From positions 1 through 64,000 of the forward strand of contig CAXRHT010000003.1 in assembly GCA_964230645.1 (NCBI GenBank): a stretch of 64,000 nt of DNA, in the 5' to 3' direction. Within the stretch, counting starts at the first letter, position 1. Each line of letters begins with the position of its first letter. This document shows, one piece after another, positions 38,941 through 47,661 of this stretch. This DNA comes from Bdellovibrionales bacterium. GTDB lineage: Bacteria > Bdellovibrionota > Bdellovibrionia > Bdellovibrionales > JAGQZY01. The notes under the pieces are model-generated. The model had not been told where the DNA came from, ran no database searches, and saw only the letters and a program-made list of their open reading frames with translations. Both the position numbers and the translations under genes were made by a program.

Positions 38941-40167
38941 CTATCGAATGATATCCTCTGGTCCCCAACCTATAGTATCCCATGTATTTTGGTCTCGCGA
39001 TTGATCGACTAGGTTTGTGTAGTTTACAAATTCCTTTTTGTATTTTTCAAATTGTCTATCACTGAACTTTGTGTTGATTTCATTTATGAGGCCCATCAAA
39101 ACAGGTTTTTCCTTTTCACGTGCTCCATTGTTTAGAATTTCTTCTAACCCACTCACCACATCTCTTTTTAATTTTTTGGGAGCTATTGAAGGGTGATAGA
39201 AACGTTTACTGTTTAAATGAGAAAAAATAAACCTTTTTTGATTGTTGCTCCCATTCCCGATAAACCATTGAATTGTTTCGCAAATATTACCAAGATTAAA
39301 ATTCATAGGTACGCTAACAAATGTCCAGTCCAATTCATTCTTATGTTTAAAAAGTTCATTGAGACTCTCTTCGACGAGCTTCCATTTTAGAGGCCAACGA
39401 GTTAGCTCATAGTGATCTTTTATTGAATCTATTGATAGGCTCAAATCACAGTTTTTAAATCCGCTCAAATATTTTAGATGTTTGCTAGATTGTGTTCCGT
39501 TAGTCGTAATCTTTAAACTCATCTGTTGTTTATTTGCACTCGTATCGATGAATTTTAGTAATTCCAAAAATTGAGGATGAACGAAGGGCTCTCCTCCAGA
39601 AATTTCTAAAATTTGGATTTTCTCTATCAATGGTTTCAGGCTCTCAATCTTTTTCCCATCCAACCAGGGGTCACCCTCAGGAGTCTTATCAACTTCTTTT
39701 TTAAAAAAAGAGACTCTGTCTTCTAAGTTAGTATCAATAATTTTTCTAAAATTCCTTGCTAGCATGTTAGACCTCGTGGGGTTACACATGCGACAGGCGG
39801 TATTACATTTATTACCAAATGTAAGCATCAGATGAGTCTCACTCACATTCTCAGTATTTGTTCCAAATTTCTGATTTCGAATCTGACGTAAACTTGTTTT
39901 GTTTTCCGCCTCATGCCTGTAACAAGATTTACAGCCTTGTATTCTCTGGCCTTTTAAAAGTTTAGCTTTTATTTCGGACAGTTCTAAAGAGTTCCGATAA
40001 TCATATAAGCTGGAATTTTGATTCAAACTTCTTCCAATATAATTGCAGCAAGGCCCAGGTCTTCCCTCACTGTCAAAGTGCAATTGACGCCAAGGTTCGA
40101 TACAAAATGCATCTCCTGACTCTGGATATTCGATACTGTTATCATAGCCCATTCGTTTTTTATTCAA
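38941..40167 (-). CDS. Radical SAM protein with N-terminal twitch domain
   Basis: FCIEPW...PCC...CKSC, CNTACRMC and ISGGEP. Confidence 0.9.
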   Translation of the reverse strand: MNKKRMGYDNSIEYPESGDAFCIEPWRQLHFDSEGRPGPCCNYIGRSLNQNSSLYDYRNSLELSEIKAKLLKGQRIQGCKSCYRHEAENKTSLRQIRNQKFGTNTENVSETHLMLTFGNKCNTACRMCNPTRSNMLARNFRKIIDTNLEDRVSFFKKEVDKTPEGDPWLDGKKIESLKPLIEKIQILEISGGEPFVHPQFLELLKFIDTSANKQQMSLKITTNGTQSSKHLKYLSGFKNCDLSLSIDSIKDHYELTRWPLKWKLVEESLNELFKHKNELDWTFVSVPMNFNLGNICETIQWFIGNGSNNQKRFIFSHLNSKRFYHPSIAPKKLKRDVVSGLEEILNNGAREKEKPVLMGLINEINTKFSDRQFEKYKKEFVNYTNLVDQSRDQNTWDTIGWGPEDIIR

Positions 40168-40244
40168 CTGAGCCCCTTCTACATTTCTGGCGGTTTACTC
40201 TAGAGCTTGAAGACTAGCACCCATTAGTAATAATGACCAATTTT

Positions 40245-41084
40245 TCAATCGGCCGAAACAAACTTATCCTCTAAATTTTCTTTGTGCTTATCAAAATTAA
40301 CAAGATAGCGATTGCCTAGGTAGTTTTTCCACAAGCTAATTCTTAAACCAGCCTTCGCGTTAAAAAGCTGTCCCTCTAATCCCTTATTACTACAGTGTAG
40401 CTGTGTTGTGTCGAAAACCATCACCGATCCCGGCACCCACTCAAATGCGGATTCTAAATGGAAGCCTGAAAATCTCTCTTTATCAAACGAGTGGCCCAGA
40501 TTGTACTTTTTAAATACATCTTCATCGAAGGGCTCATCTTTGTAGGTGATATGTTCTCTTTTTTCATTGTAGAGACATTCAATATCCTCATATTGATCGT
40601 AGCTTTTGTAATGAGTTAAGCTTTTAGACTTTCCTCTGTCTAAAGTGGCCCCATGGTCTAAAAGTCTTTCTTTAAAAAAAAGCATATGGCATTTGGAATC
40701 TCTAGGTAGCTTATAAAGTGGTATAAGTAATGACTTGTAGGCTACGTCTCCGGGTAAAAAACTAAAATCTTCTTTTTCCGGCATATCAGTATGAAAGCCA
40801 TATTGATGAGGGGTATGGTAGAAATTCCCTCTAATTCCCGTCAATTCTGTTAAATCAACCAGTTTCTCCAGTTGCTTATAAAATCTTACTATGATCTTTG
40901 GAAAATCCCCTGAAAAGAATAGGTTTCCAGTATCTGAAACTCGCCAGTTTAAAGTTGATTTAAACATAAAGTGAGAGAGTTCATCTAAGTCCTCTGGAGA
41001 GAAGACATCTGGCCAGAATTCTGCTTTAGAAAAATATTGGGAATGTTGCTCTTTATCAGAAATGTCGAGTGAACGTCTGGTCAT
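40245..41084 (-). CDS. 2OG-Fe(II) oxygenase-like protein
   Basis: YGFHTD (HxD) and W.PGSVMVFDTTQLHCS (distal His). Confidence 0.55.
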   Translation of the reverse strand: MTRRSLDISDKEQHSQYFSKAEFWPDVFSPEDLDELSHFMFKSTLNWRVSDTGNLFFSGDFPKIIVRFYKQLEKLVDLTELTGIRGNFYHTPHQYGFHTDMPEKEDFSFLPGDVAYKSLLIPLYKLPRDSKCHMLFFKERLLDHGATLDRGKSKSLTHYKSYDQYEDIECLYNEKREHITYKDEPFDEDVFKKYNLGHSFDKERFSGFHLESAFEWVPGSVMVFDTTQLHCSNKGLEGQLFNAKAGLRISLWKNYLGNRYLVNFDKHKENLEDKFVSAD

Positions 41085-41697
41085 AGAAACCTACCTGCTA
41101 GTTGATTGGCAATCCATAAAAAATACTCTAATTTTTAAACTCTCGAATCAAGCGAAATAGAGTTCTTTCCTACATACTTAAGTGATCTAAAAAATTTAAA
41201 GTTTATCCTTAAATTCACTTGATAATGCCTTACCTGTGGCCTCTATTTATCACAATTTCTAATTTTTTGTTCCTTCCCCAAATACCCCCTAATGAATGGG
41301 CGATCGCCTTTATCTCGAAATGGGAACGTAGTTACTTTCTAAAAGCTGCGCGAGGTCAAAAATGACAGGTAAGTCTCAAATAGAGACCTAGACATTGGTC
41401 GGTAAAAGGTTCGCCCTCTTTTTTGAAAAAAACTAAACAATGACTTCTCTTCTGAAAAAACATTCGAAATTTTTAAATCGTTTTTCCACTCAAACTTCTT
41501 AGAGCCAATATTTATGCTTAATGTTTTTGCAGTACAAATGTTTCTTTTGCTTACTTCTGAGTAATAAAATTTCTTTAGAGATTTAAAATACTGTTCAATG
41601 ATCCAATTCGAGAATCCCCCCAATTATTGAATTGTTTCAAAAGCTTAAATAAACTACCATTAAAGGGGATCAATTCTAAAAAAACCATGGAGGAATT

Positions 41698-42423
41698 ATG
41701 AATATCCAGACCGCCTACCACGACTCAGTCGACTCGGAAGAAAACAAACTCGAGCTTGTTAAGTCAACGCAACTTAACTCTGTCGATTTTAAAACGATCG
41801 AGAAATCGATTTTAAAATCCCAACGTTGTCAAAGAAACTGGGATTTATCGAAGCAACTCTCTGAAGAGCAACTCAATCTTATCTTAACCGCGGCCACGGA
41901 ATGCCCCACCAAACAGAATATTCCATTTTACTGTGTAAAAGTGGTTCAAGACCGTGAAACTATCGAAGCTATTTATAATGAAACTTATGGGCCCAACCCA
42001 GACCCATCCACAGGTGGTAAGAGAAACCCTCAAGTGTTAGCTAACACTGTTCTTGTTTTTTGTGAGTATGATTACAGATCCGATTCAGGTAACAGAAATC
42101 CAGAAACAGCCATGTCTGCTGAGGAAGCTGGAGAGTATGAGAAACTTATCTTAGACCAAGATCTCCATCAAGCCATCGGAATTGCTTCCGGTTATGTAAA
42201 TCTTGTATCAAGCATGATTGGGCTTCAAACGGGTTGTTGTAAATGTATGGACAGTGAGAAGGTTAGAGAAATCCTAGGAGCTGACAGCACAGAAACCCCT
42301 CGTTTGATCATGGGAATTGGCTTCGGGGACAAAAGTAAACCCAGAAGAGAGCATCAAGTTACCGGTGAAATGGTCGGAAGCTTCAATAAACGTGTAAAAG
42401 TCGATATCATTCAAAAAAATTAA
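41698..42423 (+). CDS. Nitroreductase-fold protein, Cys-rich subtype
   Basis: SQRCQRNWDLS, ECPTKQN and AIGIASGYVNLVSSMIGLQTGCCKCMD. GGAGG RBS. Paralogue of 164-817. Confidence 0.78.
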   Translation: MNIQTAYHDSVDSEENKLELVKSTQLNSVDFKTIEKSILKSQRCQRNWDLSKQLSEEQLNLILTAATECPTKQNIPFYCVKVVQDRETIEAIYNETYGPNPDPSTGGKRNPQVLANTVLVFCEYDYRSDSGNRNPETAMSAEEAGEYEKLILDQDLHQAIGIASGYVNLVSSMIGLQTGCCKCMDSEKVREILGADSTETPRLIMGIGFGDKSKPRREHQVTGEMVGSFNKRVKVDIIQKN

Positions 42424-42430
42424 GTTTTAA

Positions 42431-42464
42431 AGTCCCGACGAAACCCTTTTGTCGGGACTCTTTC
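42431..42464 (+). terminator. Intrinsic terminator after the nitroreductase gene
   Basis: AGTCCCGAC-11 nt-GTCGGGACT followed by CTTTCT. Confidence 0.6.
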
Positions 42465-42525
42465 TCCAAATAGTCGAATTCAAAAAATTTTTTCTAGCTA
42501 GAAAAAATTGTGTTATAAATTTGGA

Positions 42526-43581
42526 ATGTACCTCAGTTTAGACCAAATTTCCCAGATTCAACTCGACCACACCTCCCGGTGTAATTTAGGCTGTCCTCAA
42601 TGTGCCCGCACCCTAAGAGGCTGGAGTAAGACACCTGAGAACCAAAATATCGATCTGTCTCTAGACGATTACAAAATCATTTTTGAGCCTCTTTCTGAAG
42701 GCCTCAAAGTTTTTCATTGCGGAAATTACGGCGACGCTATTGCGAGCCCTACTTTTAATGAGACATTCACCTACACACTCAATCAAAAGCCTCGTGAAAT
42801 AAAAATTGCTACTAACGGATCTTTACGTAGTGAAGATTGGTGGAAAGAACTCGCGCAAGAGGGTGGCGACAAACTCGTCATTGATTTTGCTATAGATGGC
42901 CTCGAAGACACTCATTCCATTTATCGCGTGGGTTCTCGATGGAGCAAACTAATGAAAAACGTCCAGGCCTTTATTAATGCCGGAGGTAAAGCCAACTGGA
43001 ACTTTTTAGAATTTGAGCACAATTACCACCAAGCTGAAGAAGCTAAAAAGATGGCAAAGGATATGGGATTTAAAGCCTTCCGCTTAAAATCCACAGGACG
43101 CTTTGTGGATGAGGAACGTAACAAGAAAGGCAAGGCCGCTGAAGAGTTGAAAGAGGTCAGCGACAGTCAGCTTCGAAAACAATATAACAAGGTGACTGCC
43201 AAAGAAAGTTTTGAGCAATATATCGAAAAGACTGAGATCTCATGTAAGTTTCTCGCTCAAAGGTCCGTATTTATAGATATGAACATGACTCTATGGCCCT
43301 GCTGTTGGTTTGGCGTCCTCCCTTATATGCATCCCGACGCGGACATAAGAAATGGTTATAATGAAATTTTAGAAAAATACGGCTCTGACTTTTTAAATAT
43401 GAGAAAATATGGTTGGTCAATTTTGAATCACGACTTTTACGAAAAACACCTAGAGAAAAGTTGGGACCCCTCTAATTTAGATTTTCCGAAAATTTTCATG
43501 TGCGGAAAAACATGTGGACAAAAATACGAGCATAGCAGTGGTTATGGCCCAAATCTGAAGCAGGAAAATCTAAGGCCTTAA
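42526..43581 (+). CDS. Radical SAM protein with C-terminal twitch-like domain (CGNYGD subtype)
   Basis: CNLGCPQC, HCGNYGDA and C...LWPCCW...CGKTC. The ORF track start is 42508. Confidence 0.9.
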   Translation: MYLSLDQISQIQLDHTSRCNLGCPQCARTLRGWSKTPENQNIDLSLDDYKIIFEPLSEGLKVFHCGNYGDAIASPTFNETFTYTLNQKPREIKIATNGSLRSEDWWKELAQEGGDKLVIDFAIDGLEDTHSIYRVGSRWSKLMKNVQAFINAGGKANWNFLEFEHNYHQAEEAKKMAKDMGFKAFRLKSTGRFVDEERNKKGKAAEELKEVSDSQLRKQYNKVTAKESFEQYIEKTEISCKFLAQRSVFIDMNMTLWPCCWFGVLPYMHPDADIRNGYNEILEKYGSDFLNMRKYGWSILNHDFYEKHLEKSWDPSNLDFPKIFMCGKTCGQKYEHSSGYGPNLKQENLRP

Positions 43582-43654
43582 AAAGGTGAAGCCATGAAAT
43601 GGATAATGGTTGCTTTAACCAGGTAACCTAAGAAAGAATGAAGCCGAGGTTTAA

Positions 43655-44905
43655 ATGTTTAATTTTCTGAAGAAAAACAAGAGTAATATCACCCCTCCCT
43701 GTAGTCGGATGTGGGAAGATATACTTATAAATTCTACTCAACAAGAAATGCGAACATGTTGCTATCGAACCGGAACCAACCTCAAAGTTGAGGAGATAAA
43801 AAAATTAGGCCCAGATGTTTTTAACCATCATCCCGATATCTTGAAAGACAAAAAAGAATTCACCTCTACAAATTCAATCCCAGATTCTTGTCATTTCTGC
43901 CAAGTGAATTGGAAAAATCGGGAAAGCATCATTTATAATAAATGGCGGCAAAAAGATTTCAGTAATAAAGAGCTCAAAGCACTCGCAACGGCCGATAGAA
44001 TAGCTCGTATTGAAATTTATTTTGGGAACACTTGTAATCTGGCTTGCATCTATTGCAACAAAGAACATAGTACCAAATGGGCCGGACTTCTAGGGGAGAA
44101 AACTAGGGAAAATAAAGAGTGGAAGCAGGAGATGCTTTCAGCACTTTTCCAGTACCTTGAGAGAAGACTAAAAAGTAAAAATAACGCCCCTATGGAATTT
44201 CGCTTTGGGGGAGGTGAGCCTTTCCTCAATCAGGGATTTTTCGAAACTTTAGACAAGATCATTAAAATACATCGCGATTCTGGTAGCAAACAGCCGGGAA
44301 ATAAAGTGACTGTTTTAAGTAATCTCAGTTTCGATACCTCACTGGTCGATCGATTTATCGATGTCGCTGATCAAAATCCTGATTGGACCTGGGTTGTTTC
44401 TGGAAGTGTCGATGCCATGGGAACTAAGGGAGAAGCCATCCGAAGCGGCCTTGATTTCAATAAATTTTCCGAAAACTTCAACCGTTTGGCTGAATGTAAA
44501 AATGTTCTGGTCGAAATTCTCCCCTCTTTAAATTCCCTCAGCCTCTCAGAAACTCCCAATTTACTAGCATGGTCTTTAGATATAATTCGAAAACATAAAA
44601 TTCCGCCTGAAATGTTCGACTACGGGGAACATCTGATCACCTATCCGCAAGAATTACATATCTCCACTTTACCCTCAAAGTACGTGTCTGCACTTGATGA
44701 ATGTATACAGACAATTGAGGGGACTGAATTGCATAGGAAAACCCATTTTTTTCACCGACTAAAACCAATTATAGGATCCCGCAGAGGTCCAAAAGATCTT
44801 GAGCAAGTCGATTTGTTTTTTAAATTTATGGCTAAAACTCATAAGGTCAACTACCAAGAAGTTTTCCCTATTTTAAACGAGATACTTGATCCAGAAATTG
44901 CTTAG
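43655..44905 (+). CDS. Radical SAM protein with N-terminal Cys (twitch-like) domain
   Basis: PCSRMW...RTCC...CHFC, CNLACIYC and FGGGEP. Paralogue of 46335-47606. Confidence 0.9.
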   Translation: MFNFLKKNKSNITPPCSRMWEDILINSTQQEMRTCCYRTGTNLKVEEIKKLGPDVFNHHPDILKDKKEFTSTNSIPDSCHFCQVNWKNRESIIYNKWRQKDFSNKELKALATADRIARIEIYFGNTCNLACIYCNKEHSTKWAGLLGEKTRENKEWKQEMLSALFQYLERRLKSKNNAPMEFRFGGGEPFLNQGFFETLDKIIKIHRDSGSKQPGNKVTVLSNLSFDTSLVDRFIDVADQNPDWTWVVSGSVDAMGTKGEAIRSGLDFNKFSENFNRLAECKNVLVEILPSLNSLSLSETPNLLAWSLDIIRKHKIPPEMFDYGEHLITYPQELHISTLPSKYVSALDECIQTIEGTELHRKTHFFHRLKPIIGSRRGPKDLEQVDLFFKFMAKTHKVNYQEVFPILNEILDPEIA

Positions 44906-44908
44906 TCT

Positions 44909-46129
44909 TTATGCCAATTCATTCCAAAGGTGATTGAACTCTGGAGAAAGATTTAAGAAATCCATCTCCTTTTCTTTCTCAGATTGTTTCGTGTGGTATA
45001 TAAACAGCTTGGCTAATTTTGGATCAAATTTGGTGTTTCGAACTGTCTCTTTGAGTTCAATTATCTTTCGGTGATAAACATTATTTTCGTTCAACTTGAG
45101 ATTCGAAATTTTTTGTATAGCTATTTCCTTTAACTCCGGTGTTAAAACTCTTAAAGACATTATATCGGGATTGTTAACAATTCCCAAACTTAGTCTAAAC
45201 CCGAACTTTTCATGCAGAGGAAGCCACCAATTCACAAACTCATCAATATTTAAAATATTGTAGGCCGAAATAGTATTGTGAATCGAAATCCCCATACTAG
45301 GATGGGATTTATGATATTTAAAGATATTGGTTTCTACATCCTCTTTTAAATCGTAGTTACCATCTCTAATATAGGAGAATAAGGGGTCCACAGCATCTAT
45401 TGAAAAATAGAGATCAATATGTTTAAAACTTTGCCACAAATCGACAATCTCTTGATTATATACAGTACCATTGGTGAAGTAAGTTAATAGAATACTTGGA
45501 GCCTTACTTTGCAATTGCCTTAGTAATTCAGCGTGGCCTTTATATAGAAGTGGTTCGCCACCTTTGAATTCGATGTGATCGAGATTATTTGAAAAATTAA
45601 AGATTTGATTTATATTTTCAAAATCTTGATGGTAGACACCCGGGGTCTGGGACCAAAAATTTTCGTAAAATTTTTGATCCACAGTTTTAAGCTGCTTTTC
45701 TTTTTTTATCCATTGAGTTGAGGTTCCAGAATTACAGTACTCGCAAGCAAGATTGCATTTATTGGAAAGGCATAGATCTAATTTTTGAAGATCTTCTTTT
45801 CTTGCAGAATGATCGTATTCACTTTGTTTGGGTTTAGATACTAAAGATTCGGAAAAGTATTGCCTTAGGGATTTAAAACTATTTGATTCGTTTAAAAAAC
45901 AGCTTTTACAACTTATTGGGAGAGCACCACTCAAAAAGGTCTGTCTTATTTCCTTCGCTTTCCCACCGTTAAAGATTTCCTCGAAAGTCTTGCCCTCACT
46001 GGGGGAACCTATACTCTCCCAGTTGTTACAGCACACACGGTAGGGACCGCTTGGATCAACGTAGAGAGAATGCCAAGGAGCATAACAGAATTGCTCATTT
46101 TCCTTTTCGTTTTCTATTTTATCTCCCAA
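44909..46129 (-). CDS. Radical SAM protein with N-terminal twitch domain
   Basis: FCYAPW...RVCC...CKSC, CNLACEYC and FKGGEP. Confidence 0.9.
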   Translation of the reverse strand: MGDKIENEKENEQFCYAPWHSLYVDPSGPYRVCCNNWESIGSPSEGKTFEEIFNGGKAKEIRQTFLSGALPISCKSCFLNESNSFKSLRQYFSESLVSKPKQSEYDHSARKEDLQKLDLCLSNKCNLACEYCNSGTSTQWIKKEKQLKTVDQKFYENFWSQTPGVYHQDFENINQIFNFSNNLDHIEFKGGEPLLYKGHAELLRQLQSKAPSILLTYFTNGTVYNQEIVDLWQSFKHIDLYFSIDAVDPLFSYIRDGNYDLKEDVETNIFKYHKSHPSMGISIHNTISAYNILNIDEFVNWWLPLHEKFGFRLSLGIVNNPDIMSLRVLTPELKEIAIQKISNLKLNENNVYHRKIIELKETVRNTKFDPKLAKLFIYHTKQSEKEKEMDFLNLSPEFNHLWNELA

Positions 46130-46334
46130 AAATCGATTAAATTTAAACAGTTACGATGGTAGCAGATAGCCTACAAAATGTACAACTGGTCAATGAAGCA
46201 GATCTTATAAAAACTAAAATTATTGTGCTTCTCGCCATTTCCTCGGCCTAAGCTTAGATTCAAAAACTTTCCTCCTCTTGGCAGCTAGTTCACACTAGAT
46301 ATTTGCGAATCTTTTTTTTTTAACTTAAGCTAAG

Positions 46335-47606
46335 ATGAACCTTCCAGGAACTGGTATTGTCATGGCCGATATTACTGAAAACACAGGCATAACACTTCCC
46401 CCATGCAGTCAAATGTGGAACCAAATTATGATCAATTCAATGGGCCAGTTTTTACGGACCTGTTGGGATCGCATAGGGACAGAAATTAGTATTGAAGAGA
46501 TTGAAAAATTCGGACCTGATGTATTCACTCTACATCCAGATATTTTAAAAGATCGAAAACACTTTTTAACTAAGGACTCTCTTCCCGATAAGTGTTTAGT
46601 TTGTAAATTCAATTGGCCCAGTAGAGCCGAAAATCTCCACAACAGATGGAAAGAAAAATCTTTTACCCATTGGGAATTAAAGGATCTCGAAACAGCCGAC
46701 CTCATTCAACGTTTTGAGATCTATTATGGGAAGACATGTAATTTAGCCTGTGTCTATTGTAATAAGGAACATTCGACTCGTTGGGAAGCTCTATTAAACC
46801 ATGTAACCCCTGATAATCCCGAGTGGCGAGAAGCTATCCTTAAAGCCCTTTATCAGTATCTTGAAAGACGCATCCGAAGTGGCAATCGAGAACCTCTTGA
46901 TTTTCGTTTTGGTGGGGGCGAGCCTTTTCTTAATCCCGGCTATTTTGAAACACTAGAATCCATTCTAGAAATTTATTCGGAAAATAATATTCATATAGAA
47001 GGCAATACAATCTCCGTTTTATCAAATCTCAGTTATCCTCATTCTCTAATGGAACGTTATATTGAGCTTGCTAACAATCACCCAAGTTGGAAATGGATCG
47101 TCTCTGGTAGTATCGACGCTTTAGGAAGCGTTGGTGAGAATTTACGAACAGGACTGGAGATTGAAAAATTTAAAAAGAACCTAGAGTTATTAGCCAAACA
47201 AAAAAATATAATCATCGAAATTATGCCTTCGATCAGTTCCATTAGTTTTCCTGAAACTCCTGAACTTTTAGAGTGGTTACTAAAGTTTGCTGATGAACAT
47301 GGTATTTCTAATAACCGTTTAGATTTAAGTGAAAACCTTATCACCAATCCCTATGCCCTAAATGTTTCCACTCTCCCTGAGAAATACAAAGAGGTGGTTG
47401 ACCATTGTTTAGAGATTGTCCGGGGAACCCGCTTTGAGCATAAATCTCTTTATTTCGAGAAAATTCGCTCCCGTATTGGAACCAGAAGACAGCCCGAACA
47501 TTTAGATGAGATTCGATTAGAAATGACTCAGTTCGGGTACGCTCAAAGAAAAAACTATTTCGAACTCTTTCCCATTTTATCTGACATCTTAGACCCTTCA
47601 CTTTAA
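46335..47606 (+). CDS. Radical SAM protein with N-terminal Cys (twitch-like) domain
   Basis: PCSQMW...RTCW...CLVC, CNLACVYC and FGGGEP. The start may be ATG 46362. Confidence 0.9.
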   Translation: MNLPGTGIVMADITENTGITLPPCSQMWNQIMINSMGQFLRTCWDRIGTEISIEEIEKFGPDVFTLHPDILKDRKHFLTKDSLPDKCLVCKFNWPSRAENLHNRWKEKSFTHWELKDLETADLIQRFEIYYGKTCNLACVYCNKEHSTRWEALLNHVTPDNPEWREAILKALYQYLERRIRSGNREPLDFRFGGGEPFLNPGYFETLESILEIYSENNIHIEGNTISVLSNLSYPHSLMERYIELANNHPSWKWIVSGSIDALGSVGENLRTGLEIEKFKKNLELLAKQKNIIIEIMPSISSISFPETPELLEWLLKFADEHGISNNRLDLSENLITNPYALNVSTLPEKYKEVVDHCLEIVRGTRFEHKSLYFEKIRSRIGTRRQPEHLDEIRLEMTQFGYAQRKNYFELFPILSDILDPSL

Positions 47607-47661
47607 GGGGCTTATTGAATTAGATCACAATTTAGTTCGAAGGGTTTCAATGGGTAAGATA

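Noticed and set aside
41339..41623. 94-aa ORF as a possible precursor peptide
   Set aside because: TTG start without a clear RBS, composition like AT-rich noncoding DNA, and no leader/core or repeat pattern.
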